Shown here piece after piece: positions 12,638-24,053 of a stretch of 64,000 nt of DNA (position 1 is the first letter of the stretch; every line of letters begins with the position of its first letter). Made by a program: the position numbers and the translations under genes. Origin of the DNA: Blepharisma stoltei ATCC 30299 (taxonomy: Eukaryota; Protista; Ciliophora); assembly GCA_965603825.1 (NCBI GenBank), contig CBFDEM010000032.1, forward strand, positions 496,001-560,000. The letters are read 5' to 3'. Under the pieces are notes generated by a model. The model had not been told where the DNA came from. It saw only the letters and a list, made by a program, of their open reading frames with translations, and did no database searches.

Positions 12638-14455
12638 ATGTTATTTTATTTATATAATATTGAGAAAGATAATATGCCACCATGATAAATTAGAAGCCAG
12701 TAAATATTATAAAAGACGGAAATCTTTTATCATTCAGTAACGCAGCCATTTTTGTAAAAAGATAAAAATGTTAAAATTTTTACTCAATGAGCTTTTTGAG
12801 CAAAGGAAAAATATAGCAATAGTAATAGAAATTTTGAGTTTAAGTTAGTTTTTGTGGTTTAAATTTAATTTTATAAGGACCTCTTGAAGAAATTGACTAA
12901 CCAAAAAAATTATATATATGTATCTAAAATGACCTTTGTGCAATTATCTAAGCCACAACTCAATAAATTAAATTTATAAAAGATTGAAATCAATAAAAAA
13001 GATGACAAAAAGAACTTTATTTCAGATTTTTATAATCCTAATTCCAAATTAATGTTTTTAAGTATTAGTAAAGATGTTAAACTTTATTGTTAATATGCTA
13101 TTCTAATAAGAACTGCTCTAATTCATCAGAAAGCATCTATATCAATAACTAACTTATATATATGTTTAATAATTTGATTATTATTTAAAGTTTGATAAAA
13201 TCAAAATATAGTTGTTAAAATCTAATATACTCAATATAAGATTTTTAAAATTTTGATAAAGCCAAATTACCAGTTGCCACCTTCTTAGATAAATATTCTA
13301 TAAAATTTATTACTTATATTTTCTGCTACTTCAAACCTATTTTCATCTTCAAAAGCTAATTCCTTTATCGTTTTTGAGAAGTTCACAATAAAAGCTTCAA
13401 CCTTTAGTAAAATACATTATCTAAGAATCTAGAACTTTACCAGCGACATTGATTTCCTCTTAGATTGCTCTATATAAAGTAATTTAAGAATAATAAATTT
13501 TATCAATAATTTTAAATTTATAATCTAATTTCTTAATATGGCATTTTAGTTCCATTTTAATTGTTTTATGAACATTTATTTTACTCTAAAATTTCCATCT
13601 CAATTTAGAGCCAAAAACAAGTCCTTTAGCTATTTCAATCAATAAATGATCTGAATCTTTGGCATTATAAAGAATCTTGCAAACCTTAGATTTTTAGCAA
13701 TTTAATATTTAGTAAATCAATAGCTTCTTGATAATTATAGTTTCTTTAAATTTAGGGTAATCTTTTATTCTATCAGTTAAAAATTGTTAAGGACCTTCTT
13801 CACTTATGCTCGGCAGCTAATGAGTTCAAAAATTCATTCAGAATTTTTGAAATAAAATAAAAGATATAGAAGCTAAGGTTTCTAGTATTAAGCACAAAAT
13901 TTAAAATCTTTGCTAAATGAGGCTAACAGAACAGTGATTAAAATATTAAGAAACTGAGTTAGCAACTAGGGAAATTAAAAAGCATATCAAAATACCCTAT
14001 CAAATAGGGAAAAACCAATAGTTTCGAGCAAAAATTTTGATTGTTTTCATTTGTCTTATTTTATCTGATAAGATTAACAAATAATTAGTTATTTTTCTAA
14101 TCAGTAACATCATCGAAGCTCCATTTTTTGACGTCAAATTATGTGGATTTATTTTTGTGAAGCCAAACCAAAATCGTTTAATTTAGTAGAAAAACGATTC
14201 TGAATTGGATATTATTAACAACAAGTCTTATAATCCAATTAAAATTTTCTTTTGGCTGTCCGAAATTTAAAACCCAAGTTTAAAATATTCTCCATTCTGT
14301 GAATTTATAAGTTTTAAAGCCAAGATATATGCATGATTCGTTCCGCAATTTCCTTAAATAATAATTATTAAACTGCCAGTAAAATATTTATAAATAAAAA
14401 TTAGTGTATTGTTATTTACGTTGTATAAATAATTTTACTTTCAGTGACAGTTCTT

Positions 14456-14683
14456 TTAGCTCACTGAGATAGATTGATTTTTTGGTGTAGGCATAAAATT
14501 AATAATAATCCTGTAGCTTGCCCCATCTACTGTATAATTTAAAGGACCCAGTCCGGGAATTTTATCTTTACTTTCTTTTAATGGAGAGCCAAAATTAGTG
14601 CTGGCTCTTTTGGGAGAAGTTTCTGCTTCTTCTTCATGTATTGATTTTGGCTTGGTTCGCTTCGATGATATCGCGCAGCCCAT
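14456..14683 (-). CDS. MGCG microprotein family, copy 7 (75 aa, MGCA variant)
   Basis: MGCAISSK...EEAETSP...LNYTVDGASYRIII...TPKNQS. Confidence 0.75.
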   Translation of the reverse strand: MGCAISSKRTKPKSIHEEEAETSPKRASTNFGSPLKESKDKIPGLGPLNYTVDGASYRIIINFMPTPKNQSISVS

Positions 14684-14995
14684 TTCTTCTTTACAATAAT
14701 AAAATATGAAGTAAAATAATTTATGCTAAATTATGCGTGTTCTATTTGTTAAGATCTTGAAGTGGCACGCACATTTATCTAGGATTTCAGGATGCTTTAA
14801 TAATATAAAAAATGCTTGGCATTGCTTATGGTTAAATTTCATTTTATTGAATAATAATGAGACATGAACTATATCAATTAAAGATAATGCAAAAACAAAT
14901 CGCTAAAACTATTTTCCACGTATTTTTTTTAAATATTCTAATCCTGGCTATAAAGGAAAAATATTATTTTGAATGATAAAAATTAGAATTAAAAA

Positions 14996-15832
14996 TTATT
15001 GAATTATACATTCCAAACATGACTCATTGTGTGCTTCTTTATTTAAAGGCGCTAGTTGCCTATACAGACTTTTTTTATGCTCTCTAAGTTTGAATAAAGT
15101 ATCATGCATGCCATCAATTTGCTTTCTTTTTTCATTATAATTTTTCAACTTCGATTCTAACATCCTCGCTTCTTTGGAAAGAAGGATTCTATCTTTAATG
15201 GCCTCTCCTAGCTTATCATCGAGTTTCCTTACTCAAATAACTCGATCTTCTGCCATCCTTGTTTTTCTTCTCCGAAAATTATTTTCAATCTCTATTATTC
15301 CGATTTCTTTGCTAATTCTTGAATTTTCCTTGGTCTTTTCATCAGCACTTTCCCTTAATTTAGACCTCATTTCGATATTTTTTATTTCATTGTCAATGGC
15401 TTCATATTTTTCTTTTAAAATGCCAGTTGTCTTTGAATCTCGGCAGACGGTTTCTGTGGTATTTTTAATATAATAGTGCAGCTCTTCAATTACTTTTTTT
15501 GATCTTGAAACTTCATTCTCAATTGAGGCATTGCTGAGCTTGTAAATATATGCTTTAAAGCATTCATCGCAAATTCTTTTCGCACATTCATAAGTAGGGT
15601 GGTAGGTCTTTTGTTTAGAACATTTTGCGCAGACTCCATGCCAGCAAAATTTGCACCGATATTTGTGTCTTGCTAAAATGAATTTGTTTTTGCAGATGAG
15701 ACAAGAGCTATCCATCAGATATATGTCTTTATTCACATTCGGGTCGATGATTATAAGCTGAAAATTCACAATATTGCTAAGTATAAGGCTATCTGAGGTA
15801 TTTGAGTATTCAAATGATAAAGAATCCACCAT
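14996..15832 (-). CDS. FYVE-type zinc finger + coiled-coil protein with C-terminal CAAX (CIIQ)
   Basis: CxxC...RHKYRCKFC..GVCAKCS...RICDEC pattern. Reading through TGA at 15233-15235 extends the protein to ...ESCLECIIQ, then TAA (278 aa). Confidence 0.8.
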
Positions 15833-16053
15833 TTTACAGTATTAGCTAGAAAGGAAATCAGGACATTACTGAAATGAAATATATTGGTAAAAATGATGCT
15901 GAGCTACTATTTATGCTTAAAATTGCTGATATCAGATGGTTTGGACTCAATAAGCATAACTAAAAATGAAATGAAAAGTAATGTCTTCAAATTTTTGTTC
16001 GAAATTAATTATCTGGTTTATAACTAATAATAAACTTAGTAAATAAAAATCTA

Positions 16054-16410
16054 TTACATATAAATATCTAATTCTTCTCCATTGGTTATTGAATCTTCAT
16101 CAACTTTATATGGCTCATCAGCTTGATTGAGCTCAAAAATGCTGCTAAAGTACTGATTAGCAGTTTTTGCATCTGCTTCTCTACAAGACTCTCTGCAATT
16201 ACTTGGGTCCTCCACTTTGGCCAACTGAGAGCCATTCTTTCCACAGTTTTCCTGAGAAACTATCCTTCAGTCATGGAAAGAACAACCTTCAGCTGCGCGA
16301 TCATGAGAGTTGGTCAAGCTCTTGTAATCAAAGTTTGCAGCTTCTTTTTTTGTTTCACAAGATGAGGTTGAGCAACTAGATTCTTCGTCTAGTGAATACC
16401 TTCTTTTCAT
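16054..16410 (-). CDS. Hypothetical acidic protein (118 aa, one TGA=Trp)
   Basis: ATG at 16408-16410 to TAA at 16054-16056: MKRRYSLDEESSCSTSSCE...EELDIYM. The segment is GC-richer than its flanks. No recognised domain. Confidence 0.5.
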
Positions 16411-16870
16411 TATTAGGTTTATTATTGAGAAAATTAAAAAATCTAGTGTACGAGAAAATTTTTTTGAGGTACCAAAACCTTACTTTCATATTACAAAGGG
16501 AATTTATAATTGAATCAGTGTAGGCACATTGTTAAGAATTATATAATTTAAGCCATTAAACTTAATCTATGATAATAGCTATTGAAAGAAAAAGCTTATA
16601 GTGTGCATAAGGTTTCTCGTGCCATTTTCATTATATTCAATTGCCTTTTTCAATGTTCAAAGCAATGTGGATTCTATAAAAGCCATTAAATAAATCGTAA
16701 AGTACTTACCATTGAGTTACAAAAGAATTGAAAAAATCAAATCATTTAGATTTTTTCCCTTTTGATTAGCCTACTTTATAAGCAATATTAAACTCCTTAT
16801 GAACTATTACATTAATAAGTTAAATACAAATAATTATAAATCTTAGTATAGAATTGCTTTATGATAATTA

Positions 16871-17575
16871 ATGGGAAAGCTCTGATTAATAAGACACGCT
16901 CAAACATTTTACAATAAGGCTCAGTACCAGTGGGAAGAAGAGGGCAAATCTATGGACAATGCACCTTTAAGATGAGATCCTGACTTATGTGATGCGGAAT
17001 TATCTGAAGTTGGGATTCAACAATGTTTGAGTGCCAGAGACTTAGTGCACACTCTTGACGTACACAAAGTATTTGTTTCTCCTTTAAAAAGAGCTTTGCA
17101 AACTTGCGAGATTTTATTCAAGGACCATCCTAATCTTCCTCAAAAAATAGTTCATCCGATTTTGCATGAAATCATAAACAATGGCCACGATATATCTTCT
17201 TACAGAGGAGCTCCCTTCCCAGAATACTCTCATTATGACTGGTCCTTAGTTCCAAATGAAGTTTTAGCTCCTTACATACTCAAAAATCGCTATACAGAAC
17301 AATTAGTTGGATTATCCTATGATGATGCCAAATCTAGATTACTAGAAATTATGAGGGAAATAAACCCCCATCAGGTTGAAAGCTGTGATGAGCTGTACGA
17401 CAGAGCCCAAAGAAGTAAAGAAATTTGAAGAAAAGAACTGGAAGAAGGAAACGTTGCTTTGGTTTCACATTCAACTTTCTTTAATTATTTCCCTGCAGAA
17501 AGATTGGAAAGCGGAGAGTATAGAGGATGCAAATGGCTGCAAAATTGTGAAGTTTATGAGTATAATTTGAATTAA
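16871..17575 (+). CDS. Histidine phosphatase / phosphoglycerate mutase-like protein
   Basis: With TGA=Trp: MGKLWLIRHAQ (RHx motif)...DAELSEVGIQQC...VSPLKRALQT...ALVSHS...LQNCEV. Confidence 0.88.
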
Positions 17576-17661
17576 ATATTTATGCTAAATTATCTTGCTT
17601 TTGCAATAATTATATTTCAGTCAGGGAAGTTCTTGATTTCTAAAATAAATTCTTTTTATAA

Positions 17662-18981
17662 ATGTCTTTCACAGGTATCTTAAAAGCAAAATATGATACA
17701 AGCTTTTCTCAGTCCCCTGGAATTGAGATACTTGTAAGTTCTATTAAGGTAAAACGTCAGCCAAAAATCTCTGAACTTACAGTTGTGAGTCTTAAAAAAA
17801 CCAATCTTTCGTCAACATTCCGGCCTGGCCTAATATCCTCGACTTGCCCGAACATAAAAGAACTTGATATTTCATATACAAAAATAACAGACTGAAACGT
17901 GATATTGCAAATCTGTAGAGAGCTGCCAGTAAGACTCACTTAGGATTTAGAATTTTTAGATCTCAGTTCTATAGCATTTGACTTAAATACGTTTCCTGAA
18001 AATTCAGTAGAAAATTTCCCGCAATTGAAAAGCTTAGTTTTAATCAACATGAGAATTAGTTTCAATCATTTACAAACCATAGCACAAACCTTCCCAGGAA
18101 TAATTTCCTTTGTACTGTGTGACATTCGTGAAGATTTCACCCCTATTTTTCAATCATGTTTTCAAAATCTCAGAACCTTGAACTTGCATAACGCTTGTAT
18201 CAATGATTTTTTACAAATTTTAAACTTAGAAAACCTTAAAAATTTGTCAGAATTGATAGCGAGCTCAAACCCAATCTATAAAATTCCTATTTTTACTACG
18301 ACAGGTTTCGAAAGTCTTAAGCTTCTAAATTTAGAAGAAACAGAAATCGATGATCTTGAATCTATAAATAACCTTAACACTTTTCCAGCTCTAAAAGAGT
18401 TAAGGATTGGAAATACTCCTTTAGCAGCAAGATTTAAAGACCGCTTCAGACAAATTTTAATTGCATATCTCCCAAACAGTGATTGCATCAATGGAGGGGC
18501 AGTTGATTCGGCTGAGCGTACAACTGCAGAAAGAAGCTTTGTCAGAGAATTTTCAGATCCTGAAGAATATGATAAACATATTGATTTTCAAGCTGAAAAT
18601 AGTTTGGCAAGCTCACTTATCCCAGTCGAATATGAATGCAATATACAACTTTTTAACAGGTTGTTCGAAAAGCATGGAGTAGTTCACAAATTTGCTGAGG
18701 TAAATTTGGCGCCTCCAACTGAAGTTTTGCTCCACTTTCAATTAAAAAATGGCAAAAGATCTGAAGATACAGTGGTTCCTTTGAACTGAACAGTCCTCGA
18801 TTTAAAGCATTTTATTGAAAAGTTATTTAAGATCCCCGTTCGTAAGCAGAAAATTTACCACGGCGACTGAGAGTTATTGCACGTATATGGGTTTAAGTTC
18901 TTGAGATATGATGAAAAACTATTGTATGAAATTAAGAAAATCAAAGATAAAGACATTATTATGATTGACCGGTATAACTAA
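17662..18981 (+). CDS. TBCEL: Tubulin-specific chaperone cofactor E-like (LRR + C-terminal ubiquitin-like domain)
   Basis: LRRs, 'RQILIAYLPN..CINGGAVDSAERTTAERSFVR', 'KHG...AEVNLAP' and a UBL tail 'WTVLDLKHFIEKLFKIPVRKQKIY'. One 15-nt intron at 17929-17943; TGA=Trp three times. Confidence 0.75.
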
Positions 18982-18988
18982 TTATCAA

Positions 18989-19999
18989 TTATCTATTTAC
19001 TTTGAAATAAAGCCCTTTGTCATCAGCATCTCTATATTTGAATGGAAAAGGCCAAAATAAAGGCTCGTTTCCTAATGCTTCTTTGAAATTATCAAATAGA
19101 CCGAGTTTATAGGGCGATATCTTGCTTTCTAGTGTAATTTCTTTTTTCTTCTCACAAAATTCAATTGTTGTGTAATTGTTTGAAATTAGCCAAAGATGGA
19201 AAATTACAAAACCAAGCAATGCGATTCCTAGCATAGATCCCAATGAGTAGCTTAGAACAATAAAAAGGCACAGAAATTGAGAAGAAGTTTCATCATTCAA
19301 AACAACTACAGCAGTTTCCCAGAAAGTGCAAATAAAAATGGCCAGAGCTAAAGCTCCATAAAATACCATCAAAAAGAAATATTTATAGTTAAAGTACCCT
19401 ACACAATTCGCGATTCAGTTGCAGTGATGGTCCATTTTTAAATTGCATCGCTCGCATTGTTTGCAATGATGAGTTCTATCAGGTTTTCGATGCTGACACC
19501 TTGCACAGGTTCTGATGGTTCCATCTTTTCTTTTTTCGATCAGCATGGTGCTTTCATTGCTAGACTCTGAATTATCTTCGCTTGGAAGATCCCATTCTTT
19601 TTCTTTTGGAATTTCGCCTGCGTTAGTCCTTAATGCTCGATAGTGGCTTACTAAGATTCATAAAACACATCATGTTATTAATGAAAAAAAGGTTCACCCT
19701 TTAGTCTTAGAGGCATTCCTTTCGGATTCTGAATGGTAATAATATACTTCAGGAATTTTGTCAATATCAGTTATTAAAGGCTTAATATAGAATATCAAAT
19801 ATATTGAATATCCTCCTACTGTAATTATAAAAAGAACTAATACAGGCAAGTATATTGCAATATATAAGCACACTGTCAATAACTTTTGACTTGCAGTTGA
19901 TAATCTCCATGGCGGGAGATTGAATTTTAGTTCTTGCTCAGCTTCATCATAGGCACGAATAAAATTTGGAGGTCCAACTGATCGGTATAAATCTGCCAT
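18989..19999 (-). CDS. DHHC-type palmitoyl S-acyltransferase
   Basis: Continuous frame with TGA=Trp: [44 protein letters not shown]; TTIE motif; four hydrophobic segments. Confidence 0.93.
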
Positions 20000-20399
20000 T
20001 GTTTATGTTTCTTAACAAATAATCTGGTATAGAGTTTTATAAGCCCAGAATTAATTATGATGAAGCTAAATACCATTTATTTATGCTTATTATATACTCA
20101 ATAATTAATAGTATGCAATGACAAATTAAATTAAATTCTTGGGATTGAGGAATTTTTTGTTGGTTTAGAACTATGAAAAATTCGAAAACTTTGGGATTAA
20201 TTTAATTAGAGAATCAGTGCTGCTTACCCAGTTGATGAAATGCTGTCTTGATATATATTATAAAATGTTTGTTTCTATAAAAATTATCTATTATATAATT
20301 TCAAAATATTATGCTATTATCTCTTAAAGTGAGCGAAAAAGCTTTAAAAACCTAAGCTAAAGAATATTAACAATAAATTTATTAATTTAATTTATCCAT

Positions 20400-21593
20400 C
20401 TAATTAAAAAAGTCTTCAGGCAATACTAATGGTCTTAGAGTTTCGCAGAAAAATACTTCTTTTGAAAAATTCTTACTACAAACTTGGCAATTAATATCAC
20501 TAAATCTGAATCCCATTACGATCAGCGTCTTTATTCAGCCTAAAAAATATAAATTATCAATCTTTCATCCACATGCATGAATTAAAAAATCTTCATCTTT
20601 ATATTTGCATATTTCGCAATTCCTTGCATGATTATTTTCTAAGCTATTAGTCATCGATATGCCTGATTCTTTAGAGCTATTGCTTGACTGGGATCTTTCA
20701 GATGAATGCAAGATTGTGAATTCTGATGACAAAGAATTAGGGTCCAAGTTTACTTCAAGATTTTTGAGTTCTTGATAAATTTCAATCATTGAGGGCCTCG
20801 CATTGAGGTCATATACCAGCATTTTAGTGATAATTCCAATCAACGAATCACTATAACCAATATTTTTTAATTCCCTTTGAACTTTCTCCATTGTTGCAGT
20901 TTGATTTTCAGAAAAAATTTCATATAGGTTCAAAGTTGCCATCTCGTAAAATGATTTTCCTAAAGACCAAACCTCTTCTTTCTGAGGAATTATATCAACA
21001 CTTCTAATGATTTTTTCATTGTGCTGGTTTCTTAAAAATGGAGACATATAGCATTGAGTGCCAACTACAGTGTTGGGTACAGTTTCATATTTTATATACT
21101 TTGCTGCTCCAAAATCTCCAACTTTTAGATACTCGTTATTTCCGACAAAAATGTTGTCTGGTTTTATGTCTCTGTGGACTATGCCTTTGCTATGCAAAGC
21201 AGACATTACTTCAGTTAGGATAACAAAATGCTCTAAAAGCTGAGTTTCAGGCCAATATTCTTGATTTCTCCGCCTTTGCTTAATTAAGTCTCCCACGCTT
21301 CCGCTTGAGCAAATTTCCATAAAAATGAGAAATTTGCCACCTTGATTCATGTAGTGGTAGATATTCACGATGTTTTTATGGTAATTTCCAACTTCATGGA
21401 GATATTTTGCTTCTTCTTCATATTTTGGTTTATAGATTAAAAATTCTTTCATTATGGCTGATTTTGGATATGGGCAGCCTTCTTTTCATTGAGTAAATTC
21501 TACTTTAAAGACATTTACTCTAGTTTTCGACACGTATAAGGTTTTAGTAAAATCTCCATAGTAAGAGTCTAGCTCTCTCAAGTTATTATTCAT
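20400..21593 (-). CDS. Ser/Thr protein kinase (NEK-like) with C-terminal Cys-rich, degenerate RING-like segment
   Basis: HRDIKPDN, DFG, GTQCYMSP and VWSLG motifs. Both termini extend through TGA. The tail contains CEIC...HACGW...CQVC. Confidence 0.82.
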
Positions 21594-22868
21594 AATTTAT
21601 TAAAGCTTTATTCTTTATTTCCCAAATAGGGATCTACATTTTTCTAAAGATATTACTTTAATATATTAAATATTTGTATAAAAAGAAGCAGCCATAAAAC
21701 TATTCTGAATATAGTTCATGGATTGATTTATCTCACCCTGCGCTAGCAGCTTTCCTTTGAATTTGTGAAGAAGTAGCTGGGCTAGTAGCATCTGTCATGA
21801 ATTGAAGCATGCATATTACATTTTTAACTTGCCATATTGATGCACTGTGAAGACAAACTGATGTGACTTTTCTTATTTTTCCCACAATTAGATACTAATT
21901 GCATATACATAGCCTATTTAAGGGATTGAATAGGCTATAGATGTAATGCCATCTAATTTTTTCATTTATTTTACTTACTGAGATCTACGAATCAAGTCAA
22001 ACTCAGCATTTTCAGCCGTTATTGCCATATGTGCCTATTATATTTTGTTTAATTGAATAAGCATGCTTCTCTAAATCCAGTCCAAGTCCTTTAAGGAGTT
22101 ATAGCTATACGCTATAAATCCTATTATAACCATTTTCACAAATTCTAAAATTTGAGTTGAGAGAGAAAGAGAAGTTGAAATTAAGAAAATTTATAATTTT
22201 TTTAGATTTCAGAGCTGTGCCACATTAATTTAAATAGATTGCGAGATGAAACTACCACTAATAGCACACTGAATTATAATAAGTTTTAGAATACGGATAT
22301 AGGTAAAAAGGATAAGATATCTATGTTTTTCATTTCTATTTTTCTTTATTTTTTTGCAGAAATTTAAAAATTAGAAATTAAATATTTTAATATTTAATAT
22401 TCGTTATTTTGGTACTTTATTTAAATGAATAACATCTCACACATCAGTTATCAAAAAAACAATCTTGGCACATAAATAATCCTTATTATAATAAAATTAT
22501 TAGCTGACACTATTAAATTTTTAACAGATTTTATTGCTGTACATGAGAAATTTAAAGCAGCATGTGACCAAAAATATGAATATTTCATTTCTAGAATAAT
22601 CCCTTATCATCTTAAATAATCATGAGGTTTATCTGTTTAATATTTCTCAATAATTATGCAAATTCCTTTAAAATTTTAAAATTTAATTTTCACTCACATA
22701 TTTAGCTATTATCTAGCCACTCCATAATAATTTTCCAGCTTCTCCACAACCTTTACATTTAAACCTAATTCTATTTATTCATAATTTAACAATCTAAAAT
22801 CATGGTTTAATGCACAAAAAATTTATTTCTTTAAATTCATCACCGACGTCATTCTAAATGGTCTAATA

Positions 22869-23984
22869 ATGGGCTGTTGTAATAGTGAGTTAAGACGTCA
22901 AAAATATTTGCATATCACTCAAAAGGTTCGTGAGTCAATTGAACGAAATAATGCCAGAGGCTTAAAAGAATTTATTCACATGACTGATACCAATTCAAAG
23001 TCATCAGAATCGTCCATGATAGATGAACCAATCATAACTATCAAAGGGATTTCGCTCAACGCTCTTGCATATGCTCTATACCTTGGCAAAGCCGATGTAT
23101 TTAAGCATCTCTGCTCAAAGATGGGCGCCAGCATCCAAGAAATGTGTTCTTTACTCGAAAGACAAAAAATAAATGCACTTGAGTTTATTTGCCAAAAAGG
23201 CCACACGGAAATTTTAGAGTGTTTTTTGCCTTATTACTTATCGATGAATAAAGAAACTGTTATTGTCCAAGAAGAAAGTATTACTATAAATTTCAATACA
23301 AACCAGGCAATGGAAACACCTCAACTGATAACTTATACAGCAATCCACATGGCTTGTGAACAAGGTCATATCAATTTAATTAGTTATGTATATAATTACT
23401 TCAAAACTTCACCATATTGTCCTTATCAGCTTGATATTGATTTTCAAGACGATTTTACTGGAGAAAACTGCGCTTTGATTTCTTGCAGAAACGGGAATTA
23501 TGCAATGATGAAATTTTTGAATGAAAGTTGCCATGCAAATTTCAGAGTCCTTAATAAAAGGAACGAAAATGCTATACAAGTGGCAGCTGCTGGCAGCAAG
23601 AAGAAGCCTACAGCAGCGTTTTTAGAGTGCTTTTCTTATTTGACTGAAAATATTGGCATAGATATCACTTATATGCATGAAGAAACACTTTTGTTGTTAG
23701 AAGACCGTAATTTGATTAAATACGTGGAAAAACAGCTGCAAAATCGTGGAATAAATGTGACGAAAACTCAAATAGAAAAAAGGAATAAAATTGTCAAGCC
23801 TCACATCCCTAAAACATTAGAAGAGCTAAAACTTGACCGAGAATTTGAGGATAATTTCGACTTGCGAAAATGTCTTGAAAATGAAGACCGTGCCAGACAA
23901 AGCATGATGAGCTCAATAAATCCGCTCGATTCTAATATTGAGACTCCATTTATGAGTACGAATGAGTTCAGTCCTCAAGGGTAA
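22869..23984 (+). CDS. Ankyrin-repeat protein with MGCC N-terminus
   Basis: Ankyrin-like units TAIHMACEQGHINLI, ALEFICQKGHTEIL and GENCALISCRNGN. Confidence 0.78.
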   Translation: MGCCNSELRRQKYLHITQKVRESIERNNARGLKEFIHMTDTNSKSSESSMIDEPIITIKGISLNALAYALYLGKADVFKHLCSKMGASIQEMCSLLERQKINALEFICQKGHTEILECFLPYYLSMNKETVIVQEESITINFNTNQAMETPQLITYTAIHMACEQGHINLISYVYNYFKTSPYCPYQLDIDFQDDFTGENCALISCRNGNYAMMKFLNESCHANFRVLNKRNENAIQVAAAGSKKKPTAAFLECFSYLTENIGIDITYMHEETLLLLEDRNLIKYVEKQLQNRGINVTKTQIEKRNKIVKPHIPKTLEELKLDREFEDNFDLRKCLENEDRARQSMMSSINPLDSNIETPFMSTNEFSPQG

Positions 23985-24053
23985 CCGTAAATTACTGCGA
24001 CATTAATTTTTTATATAATTCTAACTTTTATTGTAGTGGATATAATCTTAATA

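Noticed and set aside
12350-12685. 111-aa plus-strand ORF with poly-Phe
   Set aside because: It is the antisense shadow of microprotein copy 6; the poly-Phe mirrors its Lys/Glu codons.
3517-14995. Possibility that the long AT-rich spacers are IESs, transposon remnants or a CRISPR-like array
   Set aside because: I saw no terminal inverted repeats, transposase fragments, telomeric repeats or nucleotide-level direct repeats. Only the protein-level repeat is evident.
21715-21900. GC-richer patch that might be a small ORF or a C/D snoRNA
   Set aside because: No convincing C box with terminal stem, and only short motif-less ORFs on either strand.
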